Below, piece by piece: positions 11,539 to 25,975 of a stretch of DNA of 64,000 nucleotides (positions are counted from its first letter, which is position 1; each line of letters opens with the position of its first letter). The translations under genes were made by a program, and so were the position numbers. Under the pieces are notes generated by a model that was given only the letters and a program-made list of their open reading frames with translations, made no database searches and was not told the DNA's origin. The stretch lies in contig OX597834.1 in NCBI GenBank assembly GCA_951406725.2, positions 27,032,001-27,096,000 of the forward strand. The letters are read 5' to 3'. This DNA is from Octopus vulgaris (lineage: Eukaryota).

Positions 11539-12410
11539 TATTAACAAGGGAACAGGAGTTACGTTCTCACCTTCATCAGTTTACAATGGTTTCTGTTATA
11601 ACAAGCAGCATCTTAGGACACCTTAAAATCATAAAATACACACAAACACACACACAGACACACACACACACACACACATCAACAAAAAAATTGAGCATCT
11701 TCCACACTGTGAGTGCTGAAGAAAAAAACTTGAGCGAAGTTAATTTAAATAGCCGTAAAAACCGGAAGTAGAGAACGGAGTAAAAAGACCCAGTGACGGT
11801 AACTCAGTCGCTTCCATATTGAAATCACAAAGAAGAAAACTGTTCAAGTTCTGACTCAAATTATTTGAGTCCGTTTCAAATCGTTCTGCTTGAACTACTC
11901 CAATGAAATAACTATAGGCAATACTCAGACTCAAAATAACTGAGCTTTGATTACGTCATAATAATGGATCTTACGAAGCGAAGATAACTGCTGAATATTT
12001 TTCATACCACGTAGAGAAAACTGAGCCAAGAGCCTGGCTTGAAACATACTGATCTACTGAGCCTCTTCACTTGGGATTGAGCCGGGTTTCATAACGTATA
12101 CTTCTTCAGATTTTTGTGAGCTGATTCTAATGAAACCAAAATTGAAGATTCGTTTCCTGTTGCAGCTCTCTTTAATATTCTGAGAATATACTGTTGTTTC
12201 TTCTTTCTTATCTACTTTTGTCCCCCCCTTTCTCTCTCAATCTCTTTCTCTCTCGTTTCATACTTTTTCTTTCATTTCTCAGTATGAAGTCTCAGAAATG
12301 TGAACGATGATAAGTACTGTTCTCCTGCAACATAATACATTTCTACGCCTCTTAGGTACTACGTTATTTTCCCTCCTACTTATTACCATCTCCCCCCATT
12401 TCATATATAT

Positions 12411-12453
<43 letters not shown>

Positions 12454-12457
12454 CATA

Positions 12458-12522
<65 letters not shown>

Positions 12523-12545
12523 TATACATATATGCACACATATAT

Positions 12546-12608
<63 letters not shown>

Positions 12609-13424
12609 CGTATATATATACATATATATATGTATATATATATATATACATATGTATATAGATACACATATATGCATATGCATAAGTACATATCTACCTA
12701 CCTACCTATCTATCTGTTTCTATACACACACACACTCAGACACACACATACACACATATGTGTGTGTGTGTGGAAACTAAAGCAACTTTATCATGAAAGT
12801 ACAACTTTAACCTCTTAAGGTTTATCAAATGACAATACCTCCAATATGGCTGATAAAACTACTGAGTGGATCAAACTGCAAAATCTATTACAGAGTTCCA
12901 TCAATGGCTGATCAACCGCCATTTTGTTACAGAGAACCGCCAGTATGACTGGAGAAACGACATTGTTACAGACACATTGCCGCCAGTATGGCGATCAAAG
13001 AACATTTTGCACATTGTCTCCAATATGGCCGATCAAAGTACATCTTTTTCTTTTACTCTTTGCTCTCAGTATGGCTGACGAAATGACATTGTTTTTTAAC
13101 ACTCAAATTCCATTATGACCGATCCAATGATATTATACGCTATGGAGTACCTACAGCATAAGACAACTCCGGCTCTGCAATAATTCTAATTACGGTTACA
13201 CACAGACACCTATATAAATGCATATACAATAATATACATAAATACATATATATCTATATTGATACATATACATATATAAAACACATATATGATATATATA
13301 TTAGATAAAGTATACATGAAGCATACGCACACATATGTATAAATACGAACAAACGCTCACACATACATACACACACATAGATATATATTTATACATAATA
13401 TAGATATACATATATTCTTTCATT

Positions 13425-13825
13425 CGTTTACTTCTTTTAGTCATTTGACTGCGGCCATGCTGGAGCACCGCCTTTAGTCGGACAAATTGACCACTAGACT
13501 TATTCTTTGTAAGTCTAGTACTTATTCTATCGGTCTCTTTTGCCGAACCGCTTATTTATGGGGACGTAAACACATCGACATCGGTTGTGAAGCGATTGAG
13601 GGGGGGACAAATACACACACATACATGCACACACATATACACACACACACACACACATATACGACGGCTTCTTTCTGTTTCTATCCACAAAATCCACTCA
13701 CAGGGCTTTGGTCGGCCAGAGGCTATAGTAGAAGACACTTGGCCAAGGTGCCAGGCAGTGGGACTGAACCCAGAACAATGTGGTCGGGAGGCAAGCTTCT
13801 TACCACACAGCCACATCTGCGCCTA
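13425..13825 (-). mobile_element. SINE family B
   Basis: Reverse-complement match to 11129-11538. Confidence 0.9.
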
Positions 13826-14120
13826 TATGCACTTAGCATTTACCCCCCCCCCCCCCCCATACATGTAAATGTACATATACAAACATAAATATTTCCACAT
13901 AAAAATCACTACATTAAATATACAAATTCACAGAAATATACACTTTTTTCGTCTGTCCTCGCTCTCTCTCCCTTTCTTTCTCTTTCTCTTTCTCTCTCAG
14001 AAATTCAGACGATCACACGCGCACACACAAGCACAAACACGCGCACACGGACATATTTGAATGCAGGCATAAACTTAAGAGTCTCGCCTAACCATGTACA
14101 TACACACATACATTTCAGCT

Positions 14121-14153
<33 letters not shown>

Positions 14154-14244
14154 ACACACACGCACACACAAATATGTATGCACATTCATACAAACACACA
14201 TAAACGTATGTAATGTGTGCATATATATATGTTTGTACGTACGT

Positions 14245-14334
<90 letters not shown>

Positions 14335-14436
14335 GTATAAATATATATATACATATATATAAGGAAAGGGGGAGAGACAGACAGATAGAGGAGAGAGAGG
14401 AAAGCAGAAAGAGAATAAACACAGATGTACATATAA

Positions 14437-14570
<134 letters not shown>

Positions 14571-14626
14571 AAGAAAGAAAGTGAAAGATCCAGACTGTGT
14601 CTCAATATATATATATATACATATAT

Positions 14627-14668
<42 letters not shown>

Positions 14669-14996
14669 TACACACACACACATACACAAACACATCCATA
14701 TGTATGTACATACATATATACATAGGAGAATATCTACGCACAAACACACACACTTATACTCACCCCCATATATATGTATATATACATACACCCTCTACAA
14801 TTACACACACACACACGCTAAAATTGGATCGCTAAAATAACGTGTTTCTTCCAACACCCTTAATGTACCCTTATATTGTAAGCTAACACTGCCTGACTTG
14901 GCATTAAAAGACATTTCTGTAGAGTTAGACCAGTTCTTAATCAAGCCTCATCATGCATCATTCATCATCATCATCATCATCATCACTTTCTCTTTC

Positions 14997-15058
<62 letters not shown>

Positions 15059-15607
15059 CTTCCATCCATCCATCCATCCATCCCTCTCATTGGCTCTCTC
15101 TCTATCTCTCTCTCCTTTTCCCCCCTATTTATGTCTCTCCTATACTGAAATTTTTTTTAAACTCTCTCTTCTCTCTTCATTCTGTCTGTCTTTCTCTTTA
15201 TCTCTCTTTCTATCTCTCTTCTTATGTCTGTCTCTCTCTTTCTCTCCCTACGTCTCTCTCTCTTCTTATGTCTCTCTCTCTTTCCCTCCCTACATCTCTC
15301 TCTCTATCTCTTTGTGCTATTGTCTCCGAGAAAGTGTTGTGTATGTGTGTATGTGTTGAGTGTTTAAAACATTTTATGTATTTTATGTATTTAAAAAAAC
15401 AAACGAAACAATAGAAAATAAACGCAAAATCAAAATTCTTTGGATTTCTATAATTAATTTGTTTTGCATTAATTAATTTTTCAAGCTAATACCATTAAGA
15501 ATTAGAAAACAGCCATTTTGGACAACAATAAATAGTTACATGTAAAACAATAGAATAGACAACAAACAACATATACATATACATACATACATACATACAT
15601 ACATACA

Positions 15608-15643
<36 letters not shown>

Positions 15644-15675
15644 CATATATATATATATACATATATATATATACA

Positions 15676-15721
<46 letters not shown>

Positions 15722-15725
<4 letters not shown>

Positions 15726-15799
15726 CCGGAGTAAACACATAAATGTGAAACAAGGTGGAAAAAAGAGTACTCAAATACCAGTGGTAGAGTAATATGCTT

Positions 15800-15801
<2 letters not shown>
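15722..15801. repeat. Short dispersed repeat embedded in (TA)n; related copies at 36940-37020 and 42421-42482 (opposite strand)
   Basis: GAGTAAACACATAAATGYRAAACAAGGTGGAAAAAAGAGTACTC shared between loci. Confidence 0.75.
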
Positions 15802-15836
<35 letters not shown>

Positions 15837-16364
15837 ATGTATATATGTATATATATGCATAGGTATATGTGTGTGTATATATATGTATATATATATATAT
15901 ATATATATGTGTGTATGTATATATGTATATATATGCATAGGTATATGTGTGTGTATATATATATGTATATATATATATATGGATAGGTATATGTGTGTGT
16001 ATATATGTATATATATGTGCATAGGTATATATACGTGTGTGTATATATGTATATACTGTGTATTTATTGCTATGGTGTGGAATAAAATTGCAGGAAAGAA
16101 AAACAGAAGACAATTGCAATCAAGAGAATAAATGACGGAATTTAAAAACAAAGAAAAATCGTAAACAAAAACAACAACAACAAGTGCAAAAGCAAAAACA
16201 ATGGTGGGAAACGGCTTGAGACGGTAAAAGGAAAAACAAACACCAGCACAACAACAACAACAAGAGGGCAACAACAACAACGATAAAAACAAAAACAGAA
16301 AATAACAACGGCAATAGGAACAACAATAATGACAATGCGAACAAAAAACACTATTGCTACAATA

Positions 16365-17239
16365 ACCACTACTACCACCACCACCACCACCACCACCACC
16401 ACCACAACCACCACTACCACTACCACCACCATCAGCAACGCCACCGCCACTGCCACCGCCGACGCCACCACCACTGCCACCGCCACCGCCGCTGCCACTG
16501 CCTCCGCCGCCGCCACTTCCACCTTCACCTTCACCTTCACCACCACTACTCCGCCACCAGGACTACCAACACCACCATCAGCACCAGCATCAGCACCAGC
16601 ACGACGATGACCACCACCACCACTACTTCGCCACCACCAATACAACCACCACCACCACCACCACAACCACAACCAGCGCCGTCGCCACCGCGACCATCAC
16701 CAGCACTACTACACCAGCACCACTACTCTACCACCTCTACTCTATAACTACTACCACCACCGCTACCACTACCACCACCACCACTACACAGCCACAACCA
16801 CCACCACCACTACATCACCACCACCACCGTCACCACCACCACCACTACCACCACCACCACCATCACCACAACACCACCACCACCACCACCACCACCCTAC
16901 ACCACCACCACCACCACCGTCACCACCACTACCACCACCACCACCACCACAACCACTACCACCGCCGCCGCCGCCCCCACCACCTACAGCAACAACAACA
17001 ACGATAGCAACAACGACAACAACAACAATAACTGCAATAACAACATTAACAACAACAACAACAACAACAACAACAGTAGGAATCACACTGTCACATCCAC
17101 CACCTCTACCACCACCACCACCACCACCACCACCACCACCACCACCACCACCACCACCACCACCACCACCACCTCTACCACCACCACCACCACCACCACC
17201 ACCACCACCATCACCACCACTGCTACCACCACCGCCATC

Positions 17240-17315
<76 letters not shown>

Positions 17316-17320
17316 TCATT
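16365..17320. repeat. (ACC)n/(AAC)n trinucleotide field
   Basis: Long CCA and CAA tracts. Confidence 0.9.
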
Positions 17321-17881
17321 CAAGGAATTAAAGAAGAAAAAAAAAATGGTTTGTGAAATATTTCCGTTGTGAATATGTATTTAGGCTGTTTTTGAGAGAG
17401 AACTGTGACGCTTTTCAGTTTTCTTTTAATGATTCTGTGAAGAATTTTTGGTAAGCAATTGTTCCATCAAACACGATCTGCTTGTCTTCGAGAAATACTT
17501 GAAGAAATGCCGCTAATTATACTGACTTGCTAATTAATGTTAAGAACATTATTATATTATATAAAATTATCAATTTATATAAATGTGACGTTTTAGCTCG
17601 TAACTGTGAAATCTACGTGACACATACATACATACACACGTCTAAACTTTTCCAATTATACAATACGTTTTTCACGTATACTCCCTAATTTACGTATACA
17701 CACCTATGCAAATGATTAGATACATATATATGCATGCAGAGAGAGGGGTGGAGTGAGAGAGATAAGAATGGGAGAGAGAGGGAAAGAGGAAGAGGGAGAG
17801 AGACTGAGAAAAGACAGACGGAGAGAGGGAGAAACAATCATTTAAAGAATCTCTCATCTATAATTTTCTATCTATCAATCC

Positions 17882-17949
<68 letters not shown>

Positions 17950-18113
17950 GTCTGTCTGTCTGTCTATCTGTCTATCTGTCTGTTTGTCTGTCTCAGTGTG
18001 TGTGTGTGCATGTCTCGATCTATATATCTATCTATCTATCTCTCTATCTATCTATCTGTCTCTCTGTCTGCCTGTCTGTCTCAGTGTGTGTCTGTGTGTC
18101 TATCTATCTATCA

Positions 18114-18197
<84 letters not shown>

Positions 18198-18289
18198 GTG
18201 TGCGTGCGTGTGTGTGTGTGTATGCTAACTTGCATAAACGTACCAATATATACAGTTGCTTGCAACATGAAGGCAGAAACCCAATCACC

Positions 18290-18328
<39 letters not shown>

Positions 18329-18497
18329 CAACAGACTCTACACAGTTTCTAGTCAAAAAATCCCATTTAAATTATTGGTCCATCAGACTCTGTGATAGAA
18401 TGCACTTGCGTAAGATACACTACACTACAATGACATCGAATCGTGAAAAAAACGTCTTAACCGCTGATTTACTTGCGACCACACTTGTATCTGAAGA

Positions 18498-18546
<49 letters not shown>

Positions 18547-18689
18547 TTCATACTTACGTAATATCGCTATCAGCTTAATGAGAAATAAACGTTGCCACAC
18601 CCAAATACGCGCACAAACTTGATCATTTCTGTACGATAACAACCGATAAAGATGTTTCCTGGATGGTTGGTTGGTTGATTAAATTCTCA

Positions 18690-19080
18690 GCAACAGGTAA
18701 CATCGTAGAAATATTCAAAAACAAGTGTCTTCTGCTAGAGCCACGCGCCACACAAATGGAATTTTTTAGACAGAAACTAAAAGACACTCGTCCTGTATTT
18801 GTGTATATATGTATATGTGTGTGTGTGTGTATGTATATATACACATATGTGTGTGTGTGTAGGTGTGCGTGTGTAGGCGTGTGTGTGTGTGTGCGTGTGT
18901 GTGTGTGCGTGCGTGTGTTTGTGTCTGTTTATGCGCCCGCCACCGCTTGACAACCTTTGCTGGATTATTTTCTTTGTTCCCGTAACTTGGTGGTTAGGCA
19001 AAAGGGATCGATAGAATAAGAGCTGAGGGGTTGATTCGCCCGATTAAACATTCTACAAGGCAATGCCCCGGCACCACTGC
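18690..19080 (+). mobile_element. Degenerate SINE family B
   Basis: CAAGTGTCTTCT..GAAACT..GCTTGACAACC..GATAGAATAAG motifs in the expected order. Confidence 0.65.
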
Positions 19081-19821
19081 CTCACACAAATATACAATAA
19101 TAAACTGACTCGTGTATCTTCACTGTATTTGCAGTATCCATTTTATGCATACGGCAAACAATACCTCCTTCAGTTGTGCGTAAAATTTACGATCAACAAA
19201 CAGGGGTGACAACTCTAGAAATATCAAATAATTGAATTCAAAGATAATAGAAACAAGAAGGAATATCCGCTATAATGATTTCTATACAGATAGATGCATT
19301 TATATATACAAATATACTTACATGCAGTCATATACATTAACGCAAACACGCATACATACACACAATATGACACATAACTACATATACATACAAAATATGT
19401 AAATAAATACGCATTGGTACATAACGATACATATATAAGTGTGTTCATGTGAAATCACGTATGTATATGCCTGTGTGAGGACAGGAAAGCATTCTTTTTT
19501 CTGTTGAGGGCTTATATGCCCCATTATTAGACTGTTTTCCTTAATCCTTGCACGGTGATCGCCATAAGCCTTAAGCTTATATAAAAATACCATATATATA
19601 AACATATATGTACGTACCTACCTCTACATGTACATATACACGCATATATGAGTACAGGACACCAAAGGGACGTCGAACACAAAGAGAAACGAAAACATAG
19701 ACACAAACCAAAGGAACAGGACATTTTTTTAAAAACAACAAAAAATGGAGTACAGGACAATTAACACAACGAAAAAACCCCTTCTTCAGTCGCTAAGGTT
19801 TCATCTACTCTACGTTTCGAA

Positions 19822-19906
<85 letters not shown>

Positions 19907-19908
19907 TA

Positions 19909-20110
19909 CCGCGTGTGTACCGTTGGCGATTTTTTTCCTCTGTCTTCCCTTCTCTGGATCTTTCCTTTTCCTATGTTTCTGACGAAGAGCTCCGCTCGAA
20001 ACGTTAAACCCTCCTTCTTCCCTTTCTTCCTGAGCGTCCGATAACACTATAGTTGTTCCACGTCCTTGCGTTGTTGTGTTTTCTCCTTGTGTTTTCATGT
20101 TTGGATTAAC
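19909..20110 (+). mobile_element. ~200-bp hammerhead-bearing repeat (Penelope pLTR-like), copy 1
   Basis: Closely similar to 56513-56715; flanked by (TA)n; contains hammerhead motif. Confidence 0.8.
19975..20009 (+). ncRNA. Minimal type-I hammerhead ribozyme
   Basis: GTTT-CTGACGA-A-GAGC(TCC)GCTC-GAAAC-GTT-AAAC; palindromic AACGTT in place of stem III; GUU cleavage triplet. Confidence 0.8.
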
Positions 20111-20261
20111 TATATATATATATATCTATATACCATGTTTTCCAATTTTTCTCGTTGTTTACGTATTTCACTCATTTTATCCTGTAATTACTCTCCGAGT
20201 CTTGTATCTATCTCATGTGTATGTTATTTGCATCGTTGGTGACGTCCTGTACCCATATATG

Positions 20262-20295
<34 letters not shown>

Positions 20296-20474
20296 TGTGT
20301 GTGTGTATTATTTATTTATATACACCATGCTTATATATACAAATATATGCATATACGTACGCGTATATGAACACATGGACAAACACATACATGCGCTTGC
20401 GCGCGCACACACACACATAACTATGTACAAAATATAATACGCACAGAGATGGATAAATCTTTGTATGTACATGG

Positions 20475-20602
<128 letters not shown>

Positions 20603-21019
20603 CTTCTATATGTATGTTTGTGTGTATATGTAGGTATATATAACCCCATATACAATATAGGTATCTATGTACATAAATATTAAACGAACATATTATTCAT
20701 CAGTGAATGTATAAAATTTCAGTGATGTCTATAAAATGCTTTTACTCATATATCTATGTGACATAAACCTATGCAAGGGAATGTATACGTATATTTATGG
20801 TACTACAGTTAATGGATATGGGCCTATGTGTTTATATATATATACAAGTATACTGGAATTAACGTGTATATAATAAAGATGTATTTACATACCAAGCACT
20901 CATAGACATACTTATATATGCTTGTCATATCTCTACTGTATTAACAGTGACTTAAGTGTAATTGTTAAAGCAAAATGTAAGTATACCCGGGTAATATATT
21001 TGTGTGTGTGGGTGTGTGT

Positions 21020-21082
<63 letters not shown>

Positions 21083-21309
21083 ACACATATATATATATTT
21101 ATATACATATGCATCTATATATTCATATATATATATATATGTATATATGTGTGTATATATATATATAATTTATATATGTATGTATAAATATATTTATATA
21201 GATATGTATATATGTATATACGTAACTATACTATATGTATGGATAGATATGTATATACATATATACTTATGTATATGTGTGTGTGCAAATAGATATATAA
21301 ATATATACA

Positions 21310-21342
<33 letters not shown>

Positions 21343-21354
21343 TATACATATATG

Positions 21355-21418
<64 letters not shown>

Positions 21419-21463
21419 TATACATATATAAATATGTTTGTGTGTTTCTGTGTGTGTATAAAA

Positions 21464-21505
21464 CGATCTGACGAAGGCTAGCAGGCCGAAACTTCGAATT
21501 CACTG
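21464..21505 (+). ncRNA. Degenerate hammerhead motif
   Basis: CTGACGA-A-GGCT(AGCA)GGCC-GAAAC intact; stems I and III poorly paired. Confidence 0.4.
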
Positions 21506-21599
21506 TCGCATTTTTCTCTCACGTAAGGTATTGAGTAATTCTTCAGTTTAATGTTAAAATATTATTTTTATTATAACTTGACATAAAAACAAACCTTTA

Positions 21600-21958
21600 C
21601 ATATAAACATATAAACAAAAGACGAAAACGGGTGTGTAAACAAACAAACAGGTGTATTAGTTTATCGCTCGGGAAGTGAGAAAGTATTTTACGTTTCGAG
21701 CCTAAGCTCTTTGACAGAAAGGAACACAAGCATATACAGATCGCCATGTTGATTCGCTAGCATCTGCACGCATTTTTTTTTTCTCTCCTTGTTTCTCTCT
21801 GTGTTTCTTTTCTGTGTATCTTTCTGTTGAAGAGCGTAGGCTCGAAACGTAAAAGACTCGTTTTATTTATATTCCTGAGCGCCATACTAATACAATTGTT
21901 TGTTTGTATTCCACCTGCCTTCGTCTTTTGTTTATTTTCATAAAGCTTCCCGTTATAT
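21600..21958. mobile_element. Divergent pair of related pLTR-like repeats, each with a variant hammerhead
   Basis: 21600-21730 (-) and 21810-21958 (+) share CTTTCTGT..AAGAGC.TAGGCTCGAAACGTAAAA..CTAATACA..TGTTTGTTTG..TTCGTCTTTTGTTTAT. Confidence 0.75.
21819..21856 (+). ncRNA. Hammerhead-like motif with A6U core variant
   Basis: TCTTT-CTGTTGA-A-GAGC(GTAG)GCTC-GAAAC-GTA-AAAGA. Confidence 0.55.
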
Positions 21959-21965
21959 AGGTGTG

Positions 21966-22007
<42 letters not shown>

Positions 22008-22599
22008 TAGATGCGTGTGTGTGTATGTGTATGTATGTATGCTTGTATACACACACACACATATATATATATATACATACATACGCGTGTGTATATGTAG
22101 CTATTTATCTCGCTTTGCATGGTAATGCGTGTGAGTGGCTAAGTGTGAACACAAATGCATACACCCATAAACTTTGTCACAACTTACATTTATACCCACT
22201 TATATGTAAAAATCAATATTTCAAATTAAGTTAATACTTAAACATTTCATGCATGAAATATATAAATTTCCGCAAAACCACAGACATTTTCATTCTCATA
22301 ACAGACAAAAAGTATTTTATTACACAAATGTATTTTTGTATATACATATACACCAATACACATATATACATACATACATACATTTATGTTTGTATGTATG
22401 CATGTATGTATTTATGGATGTATGTATGTGTGTGTGCACGCATGTGTGTGTACGTGTATAGATATGAGTGAGTGCGTATAGATATATGTGTCTGTGTGTG
22501 TCTCTCTATGAATGCGTATCTACGTATGTGTATGTATGTATACATGTATGTGTAGATGCATAGATATATGTATGTGTGTATGAATGTTTCTATATATAT

Positions 22600-22607
22600 A
22601 TATGCAG

Positions 22608-22638
<31 letters not shown>

Positions 22639-23132
22639 TGTATGTATGTATGTATGCAGATATGCATGTATGTATGTATGTATGCAGATATGTATGTATG
22701 TATGTATATATGTATGTATGTATGTATGCATGTATGTATGTATGCAGATATGCATGTATGTATGCAGATATGCATGCAGATATGCATGCATGTATGTATG
22801 TATGTATGTATGTATGTATGTATGCAGATATGTATGTATGTATGTATGTATGTATGCAGATATGTATGTATGTATGTATATATGTATGTATGTATGTATG
22901 TATGTTAGTATGCAGATATGCATGCATGTATGTATGTATGTATGTATGTATGTATGAATGCATGTATGTATGTATGTATGTATGTATGCATGTAAGTATG
23001 TATGTATGCATGTATGTATGTATGTATGCAGATATGCATGCATGTATATATGTATGTATGCATGTATATATGTATGTATGCATGTATGTATGTATGTATG
23101 CATGTATGTATGTATGCATGTATGTATATATG
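22600..23132. repeat. (TATG)n array with recurrent CAGA/CATG variants
   Basis: About 530 bp of tetranucleotide repeat with repeated TATGCAGATATG interruptions. Confidence 0.9.
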
Positions 23133-23306
23133 TAGTTTTGTCGATGAGTTTGTCTTTTTGTCTATGCTTGTCTCTTTGTTATATATATATATATACCTCT
23201 CAGTATATAAATATATATACACATAAATATATATACATATGTGTACATATTTATGTGTTTTTTACGCAAATATATACATCCGTCTTTAAATCTAGCTATA
23301 CATGTG

Positions 23307-23338
<32 letters not shown>

Positions 23339-24059
23339 CTGTGTACACATACACAAATATATATATATACTCACACACATACACATATACATACACATAC
23401 GTATATACGTATATATTCACACACATGCGCACACGTATATACGAATTTATGCATGCATACATATGTAAATGTGAGTATCTGTATACGCGCATACACACAC
23501 GCATATAGGTATGCTCACATAGATTGAAATACACTGACACATATACACGTATAAAATGCGTACGCACACACATACACAATATATATATGTATGTGTGTGT
23601 GTGTGTGTGTGTGTAAAAATGGATATATATATAAGTATACACCCACATACACACGCACATGCATGCACACACTCAAACAAACGGGGATCGTTCGTCTTAT
23701 GAAATGTGAATGGGTTCAGGTCGTTCCAATGTCTCGAGGGGAGTTTTCAATTGCAATTGTGACATTTGAAAAGACATGACGTGATTGTTGTTACTGTTGC
23801 AACATTCTACCTTAAAACAACAGCAGCAGCACCAATAGCTGCTGCTGTTGCTCCTCCCCCTCCCCTTCCTCCTCCTCCCCCTCCTCCTCCTCCTCCTCCT
23901 CCTACTACTACTACTACGACCACCTTTCCTAGAACCATTATCTCTATACATGCCACCACATCAATAACAACGGGAGCAACCGTTATTATAACTAGGGGCT
24001 CTCATGGCAGCAATGATAATAAATCTGGCTAATGTTGTTATAAGGCCAGCGAATTTAAG

Positions 24060-24460
24060 GGGAGGAGCTATTCGGTTTTTGGATCGAGCCCCGGTATTTG
24101 GCTGTTGCTGTTACTGTTACTTTATTTTATCCACTCAAAAAAAAAGTTGTAAGACAAAGTTGACCTCGCCGGAATTTCAGCTCGGAACGTAAAGACGGAC
24201 GAAATGCCGTTATGTATTAATATCTGGCGTGCTAACGATACTGCAAGCTCGTGTTTGGCAGAAGACCAGCAGCTTTTAGTAGAGGGGTAGTTGTTTACAT
24301 CGACCCCAATGCTCAACTGGAATGTTATTTCATTGACCCTGAAAGGATGAAAGGCCAAGTCGACCTCGGCAGAATTTGAACTAAGAACATAAAACCGGAA
24401 GAAATTTTTCTAGCCAAATTGTCCAGCGTGTTGATGATTCTAATAGCTGGCCACCTTAAA
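24060..24460 (-). mobile_element. Two degenerate family A SINEs
   Basis: AAAGTTGACCTCGCCGGAATTT and GAAAGGATGAAAGGCCAAGTCGACCTCGGCAGAATTTGAACT motifs. Confidence 0.7.
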
Positions 24461-24479
24461 GGCGACGACGGCGACGATA

Positions 24480-24520
<41 letters not shown>

Positions 24521-24533
24521 AATAATAATAATG

Positions 24534-24593
<60 letters not shown>

Positions 24594-25019
24594 GTAGTAG
24601 TAGTAGTTTCTGAATTAGCCTCAAGGCCAGCAATTTTAGTGGGGGAAGGGTTCAGTCTATATCACAGACGCTCGGACTTGGCTGGTATTTCATTTTAATT
24701 GACTCCGAAAAAACTGAGTAAAGTATCCAAAAGCATAAAAACGTGAGAGAGTTTGACGTTTCGGACTGTAGATTTTCATCATGAAAAGCAGAAAAAGAGG
24801 AAAAAAAAGAAAGAAACATTGTTGCAACATTACTGTAACTAGATAAAACTGATATCTTTTTCCTGAAGGAAACCATTGATGTATAAAAATAACTATAATA
24901 CTCATAATATCGTTAGTTTACCATCAGTTCTGGTATAGGGTTACTAACATTATTAAAGTCCCTACCGCTAGTACAGTGGCTGTTCTACAACTACGGATAC
25001 TTTAGCCATCATCGTTGTG

Positions 25020-25590
<571 letters not shown>

Positions 25591-25708
25591 ACGACAACGC
25601 TATGAATGCTAGTATTACTAAACTACTACTACAGCTTGTGTTCCAACGAATGCATTAACCGCCAACGTCTCCTCTATCGTCACAATTGTTTTTATTATTG
25701 TTGTGTTG

Positions 25709-25790
<82 letters not shown>

Positions 25791-25975
25791 CATTATTATC
25801 ATTATTATTGTTATTATTATTAGCACTACTAACCCAATGCTAATCCAATGCGGAAGTGTGATGAAGAGCAAGGGGTGATATAAATGTCAAAATTTTGCGA
25901 ACGTGGATAAGAAAATAAGAAAAACGTGTCTTGTAAATGTCGACCTTGGATAATTTGGAAATTCCACACGTTCCA

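Noticed and set aside
17410-17456. 32-nt micro-exon (TTTTCAG ... TG|GTAAGC)
   Set aside because: Signals are plausible by chance, the length is not a multiple of three, and there is no coding support
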